A DNA stretch of 64,000 nucleotides from Eledone cirrhosa (GCA_964016885.1 OZ024740.1:244714001-244778000); one strand, 5' to 3'. Positions 14,709-27,531 are shown, numbered from the stretch's first letter. A program made the numbers and translations. The notes: generated by a model from the sequence alone, not told the origin.

Positions 14709-14829
14709 TATGTGTTTATTTACTTGTCACTAGTTGGTTGTTCTATCTGTGCGAGTCTGCTTTGTTTTGTTAGTTTGGTTTTTGTGTGTGTCTGTATGTC
14801 TTCATTTTGTCCTTAAATACTAATTGTGA

Positions 14830-15146
14830 TGTTGCTATTCCACTCAGGTTTTCTGTTTAATTTTGGTTGGAGTTCGTTTATATTTGTTGCCTCTGTGATT
14901 TGTTTGAGTATTGCATCTTTTCTGTGTGTGGATATAATTCATATATCTATGTTCTCTAATGTACCTCTACGTTCTATTTTGGAATGTTGGTGGAGTACTG
15001 ATTAGTTTCTACCATCCTGGAGTTCTCTCAGTGTTCACTTATCCTTTCTCCTATGCTATGGGCTGTTTCACCTATGTATGATATGTTCTTATTCCTACAC
15101 TCTCCTTCAGTACAGCTTATGCTATATACCACTTTCCTAGTTTTGC
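14830..15146 (-). pseudogene. Penelope-like GIY-YIG endonuclease fragment, Naiad-like (CCHH type)
   Basis: Minus translation VVYSISCTEGEC..SYIGETAHSIGERISEH, a frameshift, then SVLHQHSKIE..HRKDAILKQITEATNINELQPKLNRKPEWN; stops present. Confidence 0.85.
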
Positions 15147-15149
15147 AAC

Positions 15150-15360
15150 ATGGTGTAGGACAGAACAAAGGTGAAACACAAAATAAAAACCATGTCACTA
15201 AGGAGGTCACAGAATGTGAGACGAAAGAGCTTTGACAATATATAAACAACCATCCGATTATCGAACCAACCAGCCAACCGGAAATATTTAATAAATGGAA
15301 GTGAAAATCAACAGGTGCGTGTGTTTTTATTGGCAGCATGACCCTCCCAAAGTATTAAAA
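15150..15360 (+). mobile_element. Inverted 5' pseudo-LTR of the Naiad-like PLE, with a decayed hammerhead at 15193-15237
   Basis: Homologous to the arms of the 38324-38845 palindrome; TGTCA-CTAAGGA-..-GAAA-GAGC-TT-TGACA; ends TGACCCTCCCAAAGTAT next to (TA)n. Confidence 0.8.
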
Positions 15361-15480
15361 AATATATATATATGTGTATATATATATGTATTCTTTCCTT
15401 ACCTTATAAAATTATATGGTTTTTCACAAAAAAGTATTCTGTCTCTTATATATTCCATGTGCCATTACCAACCTCAATTT

Positions 15481-15578
<98 letters not shown>

Positions 15579-15579
<1 letters not shown>

Positions 15580-15774
15580 GTTATTCCGGGTTGAATCGGA
15601 GGTAACCACAGTAAGTAAGGTACTCAATACATTGCAGAGTATAAAAGTTTTAATATAGATGAGATTCTACAGGACTAGAACTGTTTCATTCTTTAGAAAT
15701 CATCAGGAATCATGATTCCTGATGATTTCTAAAGAATGAAACAGTTCTAGTCCTGTAGAATCTCATCTATATTA
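15579..15774. mobile_element. PLE pLTR-derived fold-back element: perfect 124-bp palindrome (15651-15774) with a hammerhead core in each arm
   Basis: CTGATGA-TTTCTAAAGAAT-GAAACAGTT on both strands; (TA)n on both sides; second copy at 62518. Confidence 0.85.
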
Positions 15775-16232
15775 TATATATATATATATTACAATAAAAA
15801 TATATAGAAGTATGTCTATACGTGTGTGTGTGATTTTATTATAAATTATAGTTTTTATATTCACACACAGAACCCTTTTATCATCTTTTCGTTATGCACA
15901 GTGTAATATATGACATATATTAGATACAAACTATGTTTTTGCAGTATGTGAAGGACACAGGAAATGTAGCAAAATATATTGAAAGATATAGTCAAGCTAA
16001 AGTATTCAGGTTTCCAATGCAAACTTTTTGAAATAAGATCTATTTCCTAATTACTCAGGAATACACAGAGACTGTATATACAGACACACATTGTGACAGA
16101 CCAACAGATAGGCACATACGCGCACACACACTCACACTCAATCACACACACACATACACGCATATACACACACTCACATACATACACACATAAACACTCA
16201 CGCACGCATATATATATGCATACACACACACA

Positions 16233-16317
<85 letters not shown>

Positions 16318-16457
16318 ATATATGTATATATATATATATGTATATATGTATATATATATATATATATACACATATATATATATGTTTGTGTGTGTTTATA
16401 TTCAGTATAATATACACGCGAAATGACAGAAAAATTAAAGTATATATATATATGTGC

Positions 16458-16524
<67 letters not shown>

Positions 16525-16732
16525 TAAGTATGTACACGTACATACATATATGTATACAGACGTACAGTAGTATGTATATATATACATACATGCACACATA
16601 TATATATATATGTACGTATGGATTCACTGAACATTTATTATAATGCTCGGTGTGTTTGTAAACAAACATCCCGTATTAAGCCGTAGTGTCCAGCAACCAT
16701 CGTTGCTCGTTTGTTCAACACTGACAAAGGAA

Positions 16733-16773
16733 CGCTGTACTAGTTTCAAGCTTATTAGCTATCGTCAGCAACG
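16733..16773 (-). ncRNA. Minimal type-I hammerhead ribozyme
   Basis: Reverse complement of the intact motif at 17120-17160. Confidence 0.88.
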
Positions 16774-17119
16774 TATACCTTCCTGCCAGATTGTTGAACG
16801 TATATACTTACCTTATGCATATTAATGGCTGAGTAGCCCAATTTGCATATCCAGTGGGTTAATCGGTCGGGTGCACCGAAAACGATAAACGGAAAAAATG
16901 AAACGAAATTTCATTTCCCACTCTTAGTACGGCTGTTACTTAAATATAAGTATGTACACGTACATACATATATGTATACAGACGCACAGTAGTATGTATA
17001 TATATATACATACATGCACACATATATATATTAACCCACTTGATATGCAAATTGGGCTACTCAGCCGTTAATATGCATAAGGTAAGTATATACGTTCAAC
17101 AATCTGGCAGGAAGGTATA

Positions 17120-17160
17120 CGTTGCTGACGATAGCTAATAAGCTTGAAACTAGTACAGCG
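17120..17160 (+). ncRNA. Minimal type-I hammerhead ribozyme
   Basis: CGTTG-CTGACGA-T AGCT aata AGCT T-GAAA-CTAG-TA-CAGCG; 5-bp stem I, canonical core, palindromic stem III ACTAGT, GUA cleavage triplet. Confidence 0.9.
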
Positions 17161-17426
17161 TTCCTTTGTCAGTGTTGAACAAACGAGCAACGATGGTTGC
17201 TGGACACTACGGCTTAATACAGGATGTTTGTTTACAAACACACCGAGCATTATAATAAATGTTCGGTGAATCCATACGTACATATATATATGTGTGCATG
17301 TATGTATATATATATATATATATACTACTGTACGTCTGTATACATACATGTATGTACGTGTACATACTTATATTTAAGTAACAGCCGTACTAACAGTGAG
17401 AATTGAAATTTCGTTTCATCTTTTCC

Positions 17427-17454
<28 letters not shown>

Positions 17455-17460
<6 letters not shown>

Positions 17461-17516
17461 GTTTCTACTTTAGGCACAAGGCCAGCAAATAACCAGTGCA
17501 TTACTGGTACTTTATT
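17455..17516 (-). mobile_element. 3' fragment of the Meta-like SINE
   Basis: ATAATTGTTTCTACTTTAGGCACAAGGCCAGCAA..CCAGTGCATTACTGGTACTTTATT matches the SINE tail. Confidence 0.85.
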
Positions 17517-18663
17517 AATGCTGTTAAAGAGAAACCATTGAATACAGCCAGAGTACCCTAAAGCCTTCACCATCTACCGCGTTATGTTTGCCACTAAAAC
17601 TCAACTTACTTCCATATTTACCCGAGAAGACGAAGGGAAAAGTACTTGTCCCTGTGTCAGGCTTAAATAGAGTATTCACGAGTCCACGGTTTTAATACAG
17701 TAATATGAGACTTGTTAAAGCAGTGAACGCCCACACAATCATCATACTTACTATTCTACAGTCAACTAACTTTTTCAAATATAGAAACTCCGTGTATATT
17801 GTTTGAGTAAGTTACAGATACCAAGGCTGCAGAAGTTTCAGAAGAAAAATAAAGACAATTGAAATTTGTACTACGTGAAAAACTGCGTCATAAGATAAAT
17901 CGCAATTGTTACAAAGTATATTTTAGGCTGAATAGAGATATTGGGTGAAGGGAAATAGCTGAAACTACATAAAGTCACATATATAAAAGTACATCTCATC
18001 AGTTTAATGAAAATGTAGTGAAACAGTAGAATCAGTGGAAACTAGTACCCGTTCGATAATGAAGGCGTGCGGTAAGAGTTGGAGGTTCGACCCTAGTCTT
18101 TCACAAAAAATACCTTGCTCGGGGTTGTGCCTCGGAGAGGAACTTTCTAGATGCAAGCCCATGGCCTTCTCCAGACATATATACAATGTCTGGAAAGACA
18201 ACAACGACAGGACAAAATGATCATGGCTAGAAAGTCATTGATTACAAATCTATTGAATCAGGACTAACCTGGATGATGCACAACTACAAAAATATCAACC
18301 ACAACCATTATTTTATGAGTACACCTTGTAGAATGTGAGGAACGTAAGCAAATACAAATAATATAACAGTAAAATAAATTAAACTGAAGCTTTGCAGTAT
18401 ATATACAGCTGACATCTATGGCGCTACAGTTTATGTATTGATTTCTACATTAGATACAAGGCCAGCTTATTTTGTGGGAATGGCAATGTTGATTAGATGA
18501 TCCCAGTTTATATATATTGCTATAATCTAGAACCATCTTCCATCTGTATACATCTCTCTACTGTAGCAATATACTCACTACACAATATAATGTACCACTA
18601 ATGGTACACTTCTATTGATTTCTTTCATCCATTGTTAAAATTACAATCAAAGATTCCGTATTG

Positions 18664-18840
18664 TTACCACTTCTCTTTAGTGAAAGACATGAAGGCATTC
18701 AGCCTTCCCCTCCTGTTTCCTCCGATATACAGATTCTGTGACAGCGTTTTTCAAATAATAAGATGATGTTTCTACCGCCAGCGCCATGTTTTCAACGACA
18801 CAGCATTCGTCTTCATTTGTCAGCCATTGCAAAAAAAAAC
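18664..18840 (-). CDS. Candidate terminal coding exon of an unknown gene (FFLQWLTNEDECCVVENMALAVETSSYYLKTLSQNLYIGGNRRGRLNAFMSFTKEKW*)
   Basis: Minus-strand acceptor TTTCTATTTCTATAG|G, then a 57-codon open frame in non-repetitive DNA; protein not recognised. Confidence 0.3.
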
Positions 18841-19032
18841 CTATAGAAATAGAAATAGATACTCAGTCGCTTATCATTGATTATATTCTGGTTATATTAA
18901 TGAGAAATATTTAACGCCAATTGATAGTGGTGCAATAAATAACTATCAGCCGCCATCGCTTCATTCATATCATCTCACATGTGATATGTATGTATGTACT
19001 TATATATATATATACATGTGTGTGTGTGTGTG

Positions 19033-19292
19033 CGGAATTTTCCTTAGAGCTAATAATTAGTCGTGGAAACCACCGCATATTTGCGGAATCGTAATTATCT
19101 TCCGCGATTTTTTAATGGGCAACATATATTTTTTCACGCTTTTTAACGCTAGATTATTAATAACAATATACCATATGTGCCGTTATGTTTTGATGTTTAT
19201 AGGCATTTTTATGAACCACGTCCAATATTCGCGGTGTTCACTTTTCGCAGGTTCTCTAGGAACGTAATACCCGCGAATACCGGGGGATAACT
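19033..19292. mobile_element. Tc1/mariner (Tigger/pogo-like) MITE, one end
   Basis: Terminus CCCGCGAATACCGGGGGATAACTG followed by TA, with internal TTCGCGG repeats; the other TIR is not found. Confidence 0.55.
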
Positions 19293-19535
19293 GTATATAT
19301 ATATATATATATATATATATTGGTAAACGGAATAGAAAATGCTGACAAATTGTTCACAGTGAAAAATAGTTTAATTAGGAATAAGTGAGAATTAGTAATA
19401 GTATTGGTTAGTATTCAGTTTTGGTTTATAAATATTTCTTATCTCCAAAGAAATACGGTTTTAGGAAGCCGTAGCTATGCAAACACCGAGGGGCTAATTG
19501 CCCTCTGGTGATGTCCAGCAGAAGCAAGGGGGACA

Positions 19536-19579
19536 ACCGTCTATGCATTTCAGGCTTAACTGGCCTTCGTCAGGACGGT
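19536..19579 (-). ncRNA. Minimal type-I hammerhead ribozyme
   Basis: ACCGTC-CTGACGA-AGGC cagttaa GCCT-GAAA-TGCA-TA-GACGGT; 6-bp stem I, palindromic stem III ATGCAT. Confidence 0.92.
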
Positions 19580-19796
19580 CCCTCCCACCGCTTGCGACTG
19601 CTGGACTAGAAGACAAGCGAGAATATATACTTTTCTCGTCTGTGTAAATGAGGTGATTAATCTCATTTTTTATTATAAGTTGAGCCAACTTATGCAGCTT
19701 CATATGCAAATGAGATTAATCACCTGATTTACACAGACGAGAAAAGTATATATTCTCAGCTGTCTTCTAGTCCAGCAGTCGCAAGCGGTGGGAGGG

Positions 19797-19840
19797 ACCG
19801 TCCTGACGAAGGCCAGTTAAGCCGGAAATGCATAGACGGT
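19797..19840 (+). ncRNA. Minimal type-I hammerhead ribozyme
   Basis: ACCGTC-CTGACGA-AGGC cagttaa GCCG-GAAA-TGCA-TA-GACGGT. Confidence 0.9.
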
Positions 19841-20013
19841 TGTCCCCCTTGCTTCTGCTGGACATCACCAGAAGGCGTTAGCCCCCCCCCCCCCCCCCCC
19901 CCGGTTTTTGCATAGCTACGGCTTCCTAAAACCGTATTTCTTTGGAGATACGAAATATTTATACATATTGTATAAAACTATGCTTGAAGCGAAATCCTAT
20001 TTCATATATGTAT

Positions 20014-20058
<45 letters not shown>

Positions 20059-20397
20059 AGTGGTTAGAGAATTGGATTCGCCATCGTGAGGTTGTGATTT
20101 CGATTCCCAGATGCGTTATGTCCTTGAGCAAGACACTCTATTTCATGGTTCTCCTTCTGCGACCGACAGATAGTATTAGCAATTGGAAACACCAATGGAA
20201 ACATTGCTTCCTCGGTCCGATTTGACGAACTCCACCCCCATCTTGTAGATCGGCTATCGATGTATATATATATATGTATGTATATCTGTGTGCGTGCATG
20301 TATGTGTAAGTGTGTGTATGGGATTTCTTAGTCCAGTTGTGCATTGTCTGAGATGGTGCTGACTAGGTATTTGAATGCTTAGTACTAGACTAAGTCT

Positions 20398-20742
20398 AAT
20401 AATTGTTTCTACTTTAGGCACAAGGCCAACAATTAGCCAGTACATTACTGGTACTTTATTTTTATCGACACCTTAAGGATGAAAGGCAAAGTTAACCTCG
20501 ACGGCATTTGAACTCAGACCGTAAAGGGACGTAACAATGCTAGAAAGCATGGCGTCCAACCCTCTACCGATACTGCCAATTCACCGCCCTTTAAGTATAA
20601 TAATTGTTTCTACTTTAGGCACAAGGCCAGCAATTACCCAGTGCATTACTGGTACTTTATTTTATCGACCCCGTAAGGATGAAAGGCAAAGTCAACCTCG
20701 GCGGGATTTGAACTCAGATCGTAAAGGGACGTAACTATGCTG
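20398..20742 (-). mobile_element. Two tandem Meta-like SINE copies (one full, one 5'-truncated)
   Basis: Two consecutive matches to the reverse complement of the SINE at 36344. Confidence 0.9.
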
Positions 20743-20899
20743 GAAAATAATAATGATGTTTTCTTCTGTAATAGAGGCAAGTAAGTTTTTTACAGGTTGG
20801 CAAAGGGATTCTGTTTTTCTGATGTTAATATTTAAGCTTAACTGTGATGCAGTGCTGGTAAAATATCTATTAGTTTCTGCATATCTTTAGCACTGTGGG

Positions 20900-21950
20900 C
20901 AACTAGCGCGAGAATCTTGGTAGTGCTTGTCTTTGCATTTGGCTGTGCAACATTGAATAGATCAGCGTTATGTCATGGCTGGATGTGAATCCCCTCTTCA
21001 ACTTCTTCGAAGGCAACGTCCAACATTTCTTCGGGATAGAGGGAAAACAGTGCTGGAAACAGTATACACCATTGTTGAACAATGCCTGCGCCTTTCCAGT
21101 CATTTGGAACTGATTCTGTCTCCCAGATCTGTAGTACAATGCTATACAGGTTTTCAATAACCCTCATATCTCAATGCTTCCAGATTTCAGCAGGTATACC
21201 ACATGTTGAAAACAGGTTCATCATCTAAGAATCGGATAGTTGGCTGTTGTGAAACCTTCTTGAGAGTGGGATATTAAACAGGCTGTCAATGTGATTGGCA
21301 AATTTATCAAAGATCTCCGATTTTTCCTGAAGTACTGTTTTGTCGTCAAGAGCTGTAATTTTGTTGTACCTCTTCTCTGTGGCCCATGTACGTCTCGAAG
21401 TCCTGAATAAAAAGTTTTTATATCACTTATATCAACATGATACTGTAGCTCTTCAACTTTGGCCTCCCACTAATCTGATTTCAGTTTCCTAGTATATGTT
21501 GCAGCTTCCTTCTTGCTTCCACTAGTTTTCCTCTGCTTCATTTGTGTCGTAATTTAACTGCATTTTCCCTGCAATGTTCCTTTCCTTTATCAGGGTCTGT
21601 AGTTGGATGTCGTTCTCGTTGAACCAATCTTGATGTTTTTATTTCATATGTAAATGATTTCAAGATATTCCATTTTTCTTCAAGTCGTTTGTTTTCCTTA
21701 TCTTCCCATCCTTCTAAAACCTTGTCCAGCTGTTCCTGCAATTTCTGTTTCACTTTGTAGTCTCTGGGTTTCATGACGTTTAGCTTGTTTTTTGGTCTAC
21801 CTTTGTCTTCATGCTTCCGTTCCTGATGACAAAAGTGACCTCTGATCTGATCATGTGGTGGTCGGTAAAGCAGTCTGCACCTCTCATGGCTCTACTGTAT
21901 CCAAAACATTCTGATCTCTTCTCTGAGTAACTATGTAGTCTAACAGAGTA
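20900..21950 (-). pseudogene. Decayed RTE-clade LINE (end of the AP endonuclease and the linker)
   Basis: Minus-strand peptides LDYIVTQRRD, RAMRGADCFTDHHMIRS, EEKWNILKS, LQIWETESVPNDWK; frameshifted. Confidence 0.8.
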
Positions 21951-22703
21951 CTAACTTCCTGCAATTATCAGCTTGTATATATATATATAATATATATATA
22001 TACTTACAAACATACACACACATACGGATACATACACTAATACACACACAAACACAAACTACACACAATCACTCAAGCATGTGTGTGTATGTATGTGAAT
22101 GTATTAGTGTATGTATGCGTATGTGTGTCTATGTTTGTGAGTTTTGAATTGCAGCCTATACGGAGCTATATGTAATACATATAACGAATAGAGTTAGTAG
22201 GCGAGTGAAAGAGTAGGAGAAAAAGAGCGCGTAGGTGAGTGTAAGAGGGTGGGGTTGGATGAGTATGATAGAATGAAACGTGGCATTGGTATAAACGTAG
22301 ACTCTGTGAAGCAAGGATTTAAGTTTAAAATGTTATCAACTAAACCGGAAAAGAACAAATAAAGTTTGGGTTATAAATTCTGTCGAAAGAAATAGAACTT
22401 TTATTAAAGAAGAATGGTTGCAGGATATTAAGAATATTGTTTGATTAAAGTTAATCTTGTGTTATTGATATTTAGTTCTGCCGAAATAACCTTATGGGAA
22501 AGAGAACATGCTAATCTAAATTTTGGAGAACTATATATAGGCTGGAAGAATCCGGTGGCGGCGAAACTCCGAAGTAAACAGTCTTTACTAATTATAAATT
22601 TCATTTTGACTCTACAAACGGTATTGAGTCCTTCATTCAATTCAGTGCACGTTTAGTGTATGCAAATATACACACACACACATACATCCACACACACTCA
22701 TAC

Positions 22704-22811
<108 letters not shown>

Positions 22812-22837
22812 GTGTGTGTATGTGTATATACAAGTGA

Positions 22838-23105
22838 AGGCACGTGGCCTAGTGGTAAGGATGTCGGACTTACGATCATAATGTCGTGGGTTCGAATCCT
22901 GGGTTGTGTGTTGTGTTCTTGAGCAAAACACTTCATTTCACTTTGCTCTAGTATACTCAGCTGAAAATGAGTACCAGCAATAGCTGGGAGTTTAACCCTG
23001 CGATGGACTGGCGTCCTGACCAGGGGGAAGTCTTATGCTCTCAGTCGCTTCACGCCATGAAACCGGGATAAGCACCGGCCAAATGAGCCTTCTGGCTTAA
23101 GATAG
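22838..23105 (+). mobile_element. tRNA-derived SINE with V-domain-like core
   Basis: A-box TGGCCTAGTGG, B-box GGTTCGAATCC, and CCCTGCGATGGACTGGCGTCCTG.CCAGGG typical of V-SINEs. Confidence 0.85.
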
Positions 23106-23153
23106 ACTTTAGACATAATATATATATATATTTATATACATGCATATATGTAA

Positions 23154-23187
<34 letters not shown>

Positions 23188-23257
23188 ACATGTGTGTGTA
23201 TATATATATATATATAAATATATACATACACGCGCACAGACACACAAGCATATTCAA

Positions 23258-23343
23258 GTGTGACGCTCGTTTCGCGATTGATCAGCTCAAAGTATGATCC
23301 GTATCGATTGGGCCGACTCTGGAATGAATAGTTCATCAGACTC
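23258..23343 (-). ncRNA. Hammerhead-like motif with long stem II (decayed)
   Basis: GAGT-CTGATGA-...GTCGGCCCAA../..TTGAGCTGAT..-GAAAC-GAGC-GTC-ACAC; lies downstream of a possible minus-strand PLE remnant at about 23930-24030 (CPYG..C..VYQC). Confidence 0.5.
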
Positions 23344-23451
23344 ATGTATTCCTTATTGACGGGAGATATCCGCGTATAGGTTTAAATGACCATTACTCAT
23401 TGAATTTGAAGTGTTCGGTTGTTCTTTGTTTCGATTGGTTGATTGGAGGAA

Positions 23452-23570
23452 GAATAGAGTAGAAAAATAGAATAGGAAAATAGAGTAGAAAAATAGAATA
23501 GGAAAATAGAGTAGAAAAATAGAATAGGAAAATAGAGTAGAAAAATAGAATAGGTAAATAGAGTAGAAAA
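23452..23570. repeat. Purine-rich tandem minisatellite (AATAGAGTAGAAAAATAGAATAGGAA-like unit)
   Basis: About 4 directly visible copies. Confidence 0.9.
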
Positions 23571-24044
23571 AGCATGAGATGAAAAGAGAAAGAAAAGAAA
23601 GAGGGGTGAGGGAGGAAAGGGACTAAGGATAAAAAGGGGTTGATGGAGAAATGTTGAGCATATCTAGTAGTTGACAGAGTAAATAAGGGTATGGAGTGAT
23701 ATATAATAATATGAGATAAAAGTGAATTGGAGGCAAGAGTGAAGGGGAAAAAGTGAGAAAAGGTGGGAAGTTACAGGTAGGGAAAGGAGATGATGCCAAA
23801 CATAATAAAGTAAAATGAAAAAAGCTAAAATGGTGAGATAAAAGAGCCCCAAAAAATAAAAATAAAAATAAAAATAAAATGGCGAGGTACAAGAATTATA
23901 GTAAAAGTAAATATACATTTTATTTAAAATCCAGACATTGATACACCCATATACACACATTCTCCCGTACGGGCATTGTCTTCATATTAGAAGTGGGAGA
24001 CTGGTAATTTATTGACAAGGTTTAATAAACTGTAATATTATATA

Positions 24045-24430
24045 ATAATTGTTTCTACTTTTGGCACAAGGCCAACAATTTTCCCAGTACATTACTAGTA
24101 CTTTATTTTATCGACCCCGTAAGGATGAAAGGCAAAGTTATCCACGGCGAGATTTGAACTCAGATCGTAAAGGGCAGTAACTCTATGTTGCAAAGCATGG
24201 CGTCCGACCCTCTACCGATACTGCCAATCCTCCGCCCTAATTTTATATAATAATTGTTTCTACTTTAGGCACAAGGCCAGCAATTACCCAGTGCATTACT
24301 GGTACTTTATTTTATCGACCCCGAAATGAAAGGCAAAGTTAACCTCGGCGGGATTTGAACTCAGAATGGCAAGGGCCGTAACTCTATGTGTCAAAGCATG
24401 GTCTCCGACCCTCTAGCGATACTGCCAATC
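24045..24430 (-). mobile_element. Two tandem Meta-like SINE copies
   Basis: Two full-length reverse-complement matches, 24045-24238 and 24249-24430. Confidence 0.92.
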
Positions 24431-24729
24431 ATGATAATGATAGTGGTAATATCATAATATAGTAGGAGAAATATATCAGATTATCAGATTATTATAAATG
24501 GAATATTATAATCAGGTAAAAAACATTTGAAGTTGAATCAAAGGATGTAACTGGGCCCTAGATAATAGTAGATGAATCACTACCTCCTTACGGACAACTG
24601 ACGCTGCGTACTAGGTCCGAACACAGAAGAGCCGAACTCCCACAGGTTATATGATAATCGTAATACTCTGTGGAAGTACATTTGTCTCATTATTATGAGG
24701 GAGATGGGATAATAATCATATCACTGCAA

Positions 24730-26258
24730 GGAACCACCCAAAAGTCATTATCAACTTTATAGTTAAGCGTGTCTCTTAAAATAGTGTCCACCTTGTCCAG
24801 CATGCCGAGTATTACAACTCAGCATTTGTCCGAGCGTGGTTTGAAAATAAGATACAGTATGAAGACAACACTGACATAACCTAAAAGCCACAGGCCTTAT
24901 ACCGCACATATACCTAACAACGTGCGTGGCATGATAACCACTTCCTTAGATTTAGCCATAGCCGATCAGGTAGACAAGGTTACATACCACCTCCATGGAG
25001 CGGAAGCCAGATCCTCCTACAAAACTTGTAATAATCACATGACGAATTGTTACACTAGAATTATATCTAACATACGCAACCACAAGGAAGTAAATAGTAG
25101 AATACCTAATGATGACCTAAAGGACTAAGGACACGAAAAAAAATAATAACTCTAGCAAAGACGAAACCCCTTCAAAATGATTGTTCGAATAAACACTTAG
25201 ACTAAAACAGGACTAACTGCTACAATAAACATGACCAACACTTAAACCACAACCCTACCGGTGATGACAAACACCAGACTGACAACAACCGAGTAATCCT
25301 ACAACACTAGACGGAACAATACACTAACGACAAAACCCCTGGCATTAGCCCGAGAAACCACATTATTAGTCTAAAGAAAAACAACCACAGAAGAGGTAAC
25401 GATAATGACCAGAACTGCGCACACACTGGACAAGAACACAGAACTGAGCCTGGCAACTCTAACATAAATAGAGTGGTCGACAATAACTACACCCAACGTC
25501 CCAGTACCTGTAGTCAAACTGTGCTATGGTTCAACGCGCCATATTCGAGACACACTGCGACCAATGTCCCTGGATTCTTCTTCAGGGCCAGGGACGAATC
25601 CTTTCCACCTTCACACAGGTACCACAAATTATTTAACAGACACACAGTAAAATTCTCCTTTTCTACTTAACGTAACTTAGCTGATAGCATAGCGTACATA
25701 AGTAGGACCAAATTAAAAGCATATAATGAAACACAAGAACCACCCCATGACACTGCACATAATCACACCTCACAAACCACGCCTAATGACAAACTCCAAC
25801 AGACCTACAATGATCACCCGGACTCGACCACCAAAAACAAACGGTAACCCAGATAAATAAGAGATGTAACTGCATACGCAGACCAGCGATCCCATTGTAA
25901 ACGAGTGCCTCTGTAGGAACATCGTATACCAGTGTGATGTGTTGATGAATACAAAAAAATACACGTATATCAGAGCAACCTCAACAACGTTTAAAGATCG
26001 GTTATACAACCATAGAAGCTCCTTTAATAACAGAAACAAGCGCTCACACATACGACTAGCCAACTTGATCTGGAGTCTCAAAAATAACAACACAATGTGC
26101 CAGATCGAGTGGTCTGTACGTAGGTGCGTGGCTCCCCATTGTGTCGGGAAAAGTCAATGCAACCTGTATCTGGCCGAATCCGCGGAGAACATTAAATTGA
26201 AATCCAACGGGATTAACTCAAAATCCGAGATAATCGTAAACTGCGGGCACTTTAAAAG
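24730..26258 (+). pseudogene. Decayed Penelope-like element (RT thumb, linker, GIY-YIG endonuclease; probably Hydra-group)
   Basis: NHPKVII.., HAEYYNSA, WFNAPYSRHTATNVPGFFFRA.DESFPPSHRYHKLFNRHTVKFSFS, IVYQC, YIRATSTTFKDRLYNH..CNLYL.E..NSKSE..CGH. Confidence 0.88.
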
Positions 26259-26271
26259 ACACACACACACA

Positions 26272-26344
<73 letters not shown>

Positions 26345-26486
26345 CAATAATAAGAATGTCAATTCTAAAAAAAGATTCTTTTCAGACAAGCGCCATATAA
26401 CGGTAATGAAAGCTCTAAGGGATAAGTCCCAGCATTTATTATAAAATCTTAAAAAACGATTGACATATACTTTAAAATATCAAGCA

Positions 26487-27084
26487 CTAGCAGTGGTACC
26501 CGGCGTTGCACGGGATATGGTATTTTGGAACGCGGGCCGCCAACAGACCTAATCGTGGAAAAACTGCATGCCTGGACAATATGTAAAGAAAATAAACCGA
26601 ATACTCTGATGGCTGGATAATCTTTAAGATTTTCTTCGATGAAGCAGGAAAAATGCAGATTTTCACCTAATGCTGGCCATAAGGGATCAAGAAAATGAAT
26701 TTTTTTTATGTGCATAATATGCCTTGAAATTTCGGGAAAATCGGCTAAACGTAACGCCTCCAAAAAGCCCTAAAAAGCTGAAAAAATGAAGTTTTTCACC
26801 TAATGCGGGCCCTAGGCCATAAAAACGTTGGATTTTCTTTGCTCACGGTATGAAGAAGAGACTGATTAATACATAGTTACAATTCCAAGGAAATCGGTCT
26901 GACGTAACGCCTAAAAAAAACAAAATAAAACGCAGTTTTTCACCTAATGCGGGCCCTAGGAGATGAAAGAGTTGAATTTTTTTCAATTTGTATAACACTC
27001 TCTGAAACATAAGTGATATATATGTAAAGTTTGAAACAAATCGGTTGGGTACTTCTCGAGTTTTAGGGATTCAAACTCACACAC

Positions 27085-27174
<90 letters not shown>

Positions 27175-27496
27175 ACACACACACACACAGACATCCTCAG
27201 GGAAGTAACGTAATGCAGACAGCCAGACATACAGACATATATTATAAGGGCGCGACGTTATATGTATGTATCTATCTAAAAAGAGAAAGACTAAGAATTA
27301 TAGAGAGAGATCGCTAAATCGCCTAATGCGGTCCCTAGGGCATTGAAAATTTGAAATTTATTTTGCTAAGAACACTCCCTGAAACATAAGTATTACATGT
27401 GTAAAGTTTTAAAACAGTGGGTTGGGTGGTTCTCGAGTTTTAGTGATTCAAACTCACACACACACAGACAGACATCCTCAGTTTTATATATATAGA
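26487..27496 (-). mobile_element. Non-autonomous Helitron
   Basis: Minus strand begins TCTATATATATAAAACTGAGGATGTCTGTCTG and ends CCCGTGCAACGCCGGG..CTGCTAG; internal repeats of CACCTAATGCGGGCCCTAGG. Confidence 0.85.
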
Positions 27497-27531
27497 CTAG
27501 CAGAAAACCACCCGGGGCGGTTTTCTGCTAG

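Larger units (their letters stand above)
16522..17432. mobile_element. PLE pLTR cluster: partial tandem plus an inverted copy, non-coding
   Basis: 16522-16862 is the reverse complement of about 17031-17378; 16884-17030 repeats the terminal part; (TA)n flanks; third copy at 38906-39200. Confidence 0.85.
19321..19963. mobile_element. PLE pLTR fold-back element: about 540-bp palindrome (19427-19963) with two hammerheads
   Basis: Arms of about 245 bp are near-perfect reverse complements; starts at (TA)n; no real ORF. Confidence 0.9.

Noticed and set aside
14830-15146. In-frame TGA codons as selenocysteine (Naiad selenoprotein)
   Set aside because: The TGAs are not at Cys positions, a TAA and a frameshift co-occur, and no SECIS was recognised.
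16643-17349. Identical 60-aa peptide on both strands ([10 protein letters not shown]...)
   Set aside because: A by-product of the inverted pLTR; it overlaps the ribozyme and has no protein motif. The same applies to 38437/38492 and 44031/44660.
22838-22915. tRNA gene
   Set aside because: A and B boxes are present but there is no clean cloverleaf, and it continues into a SINE body.
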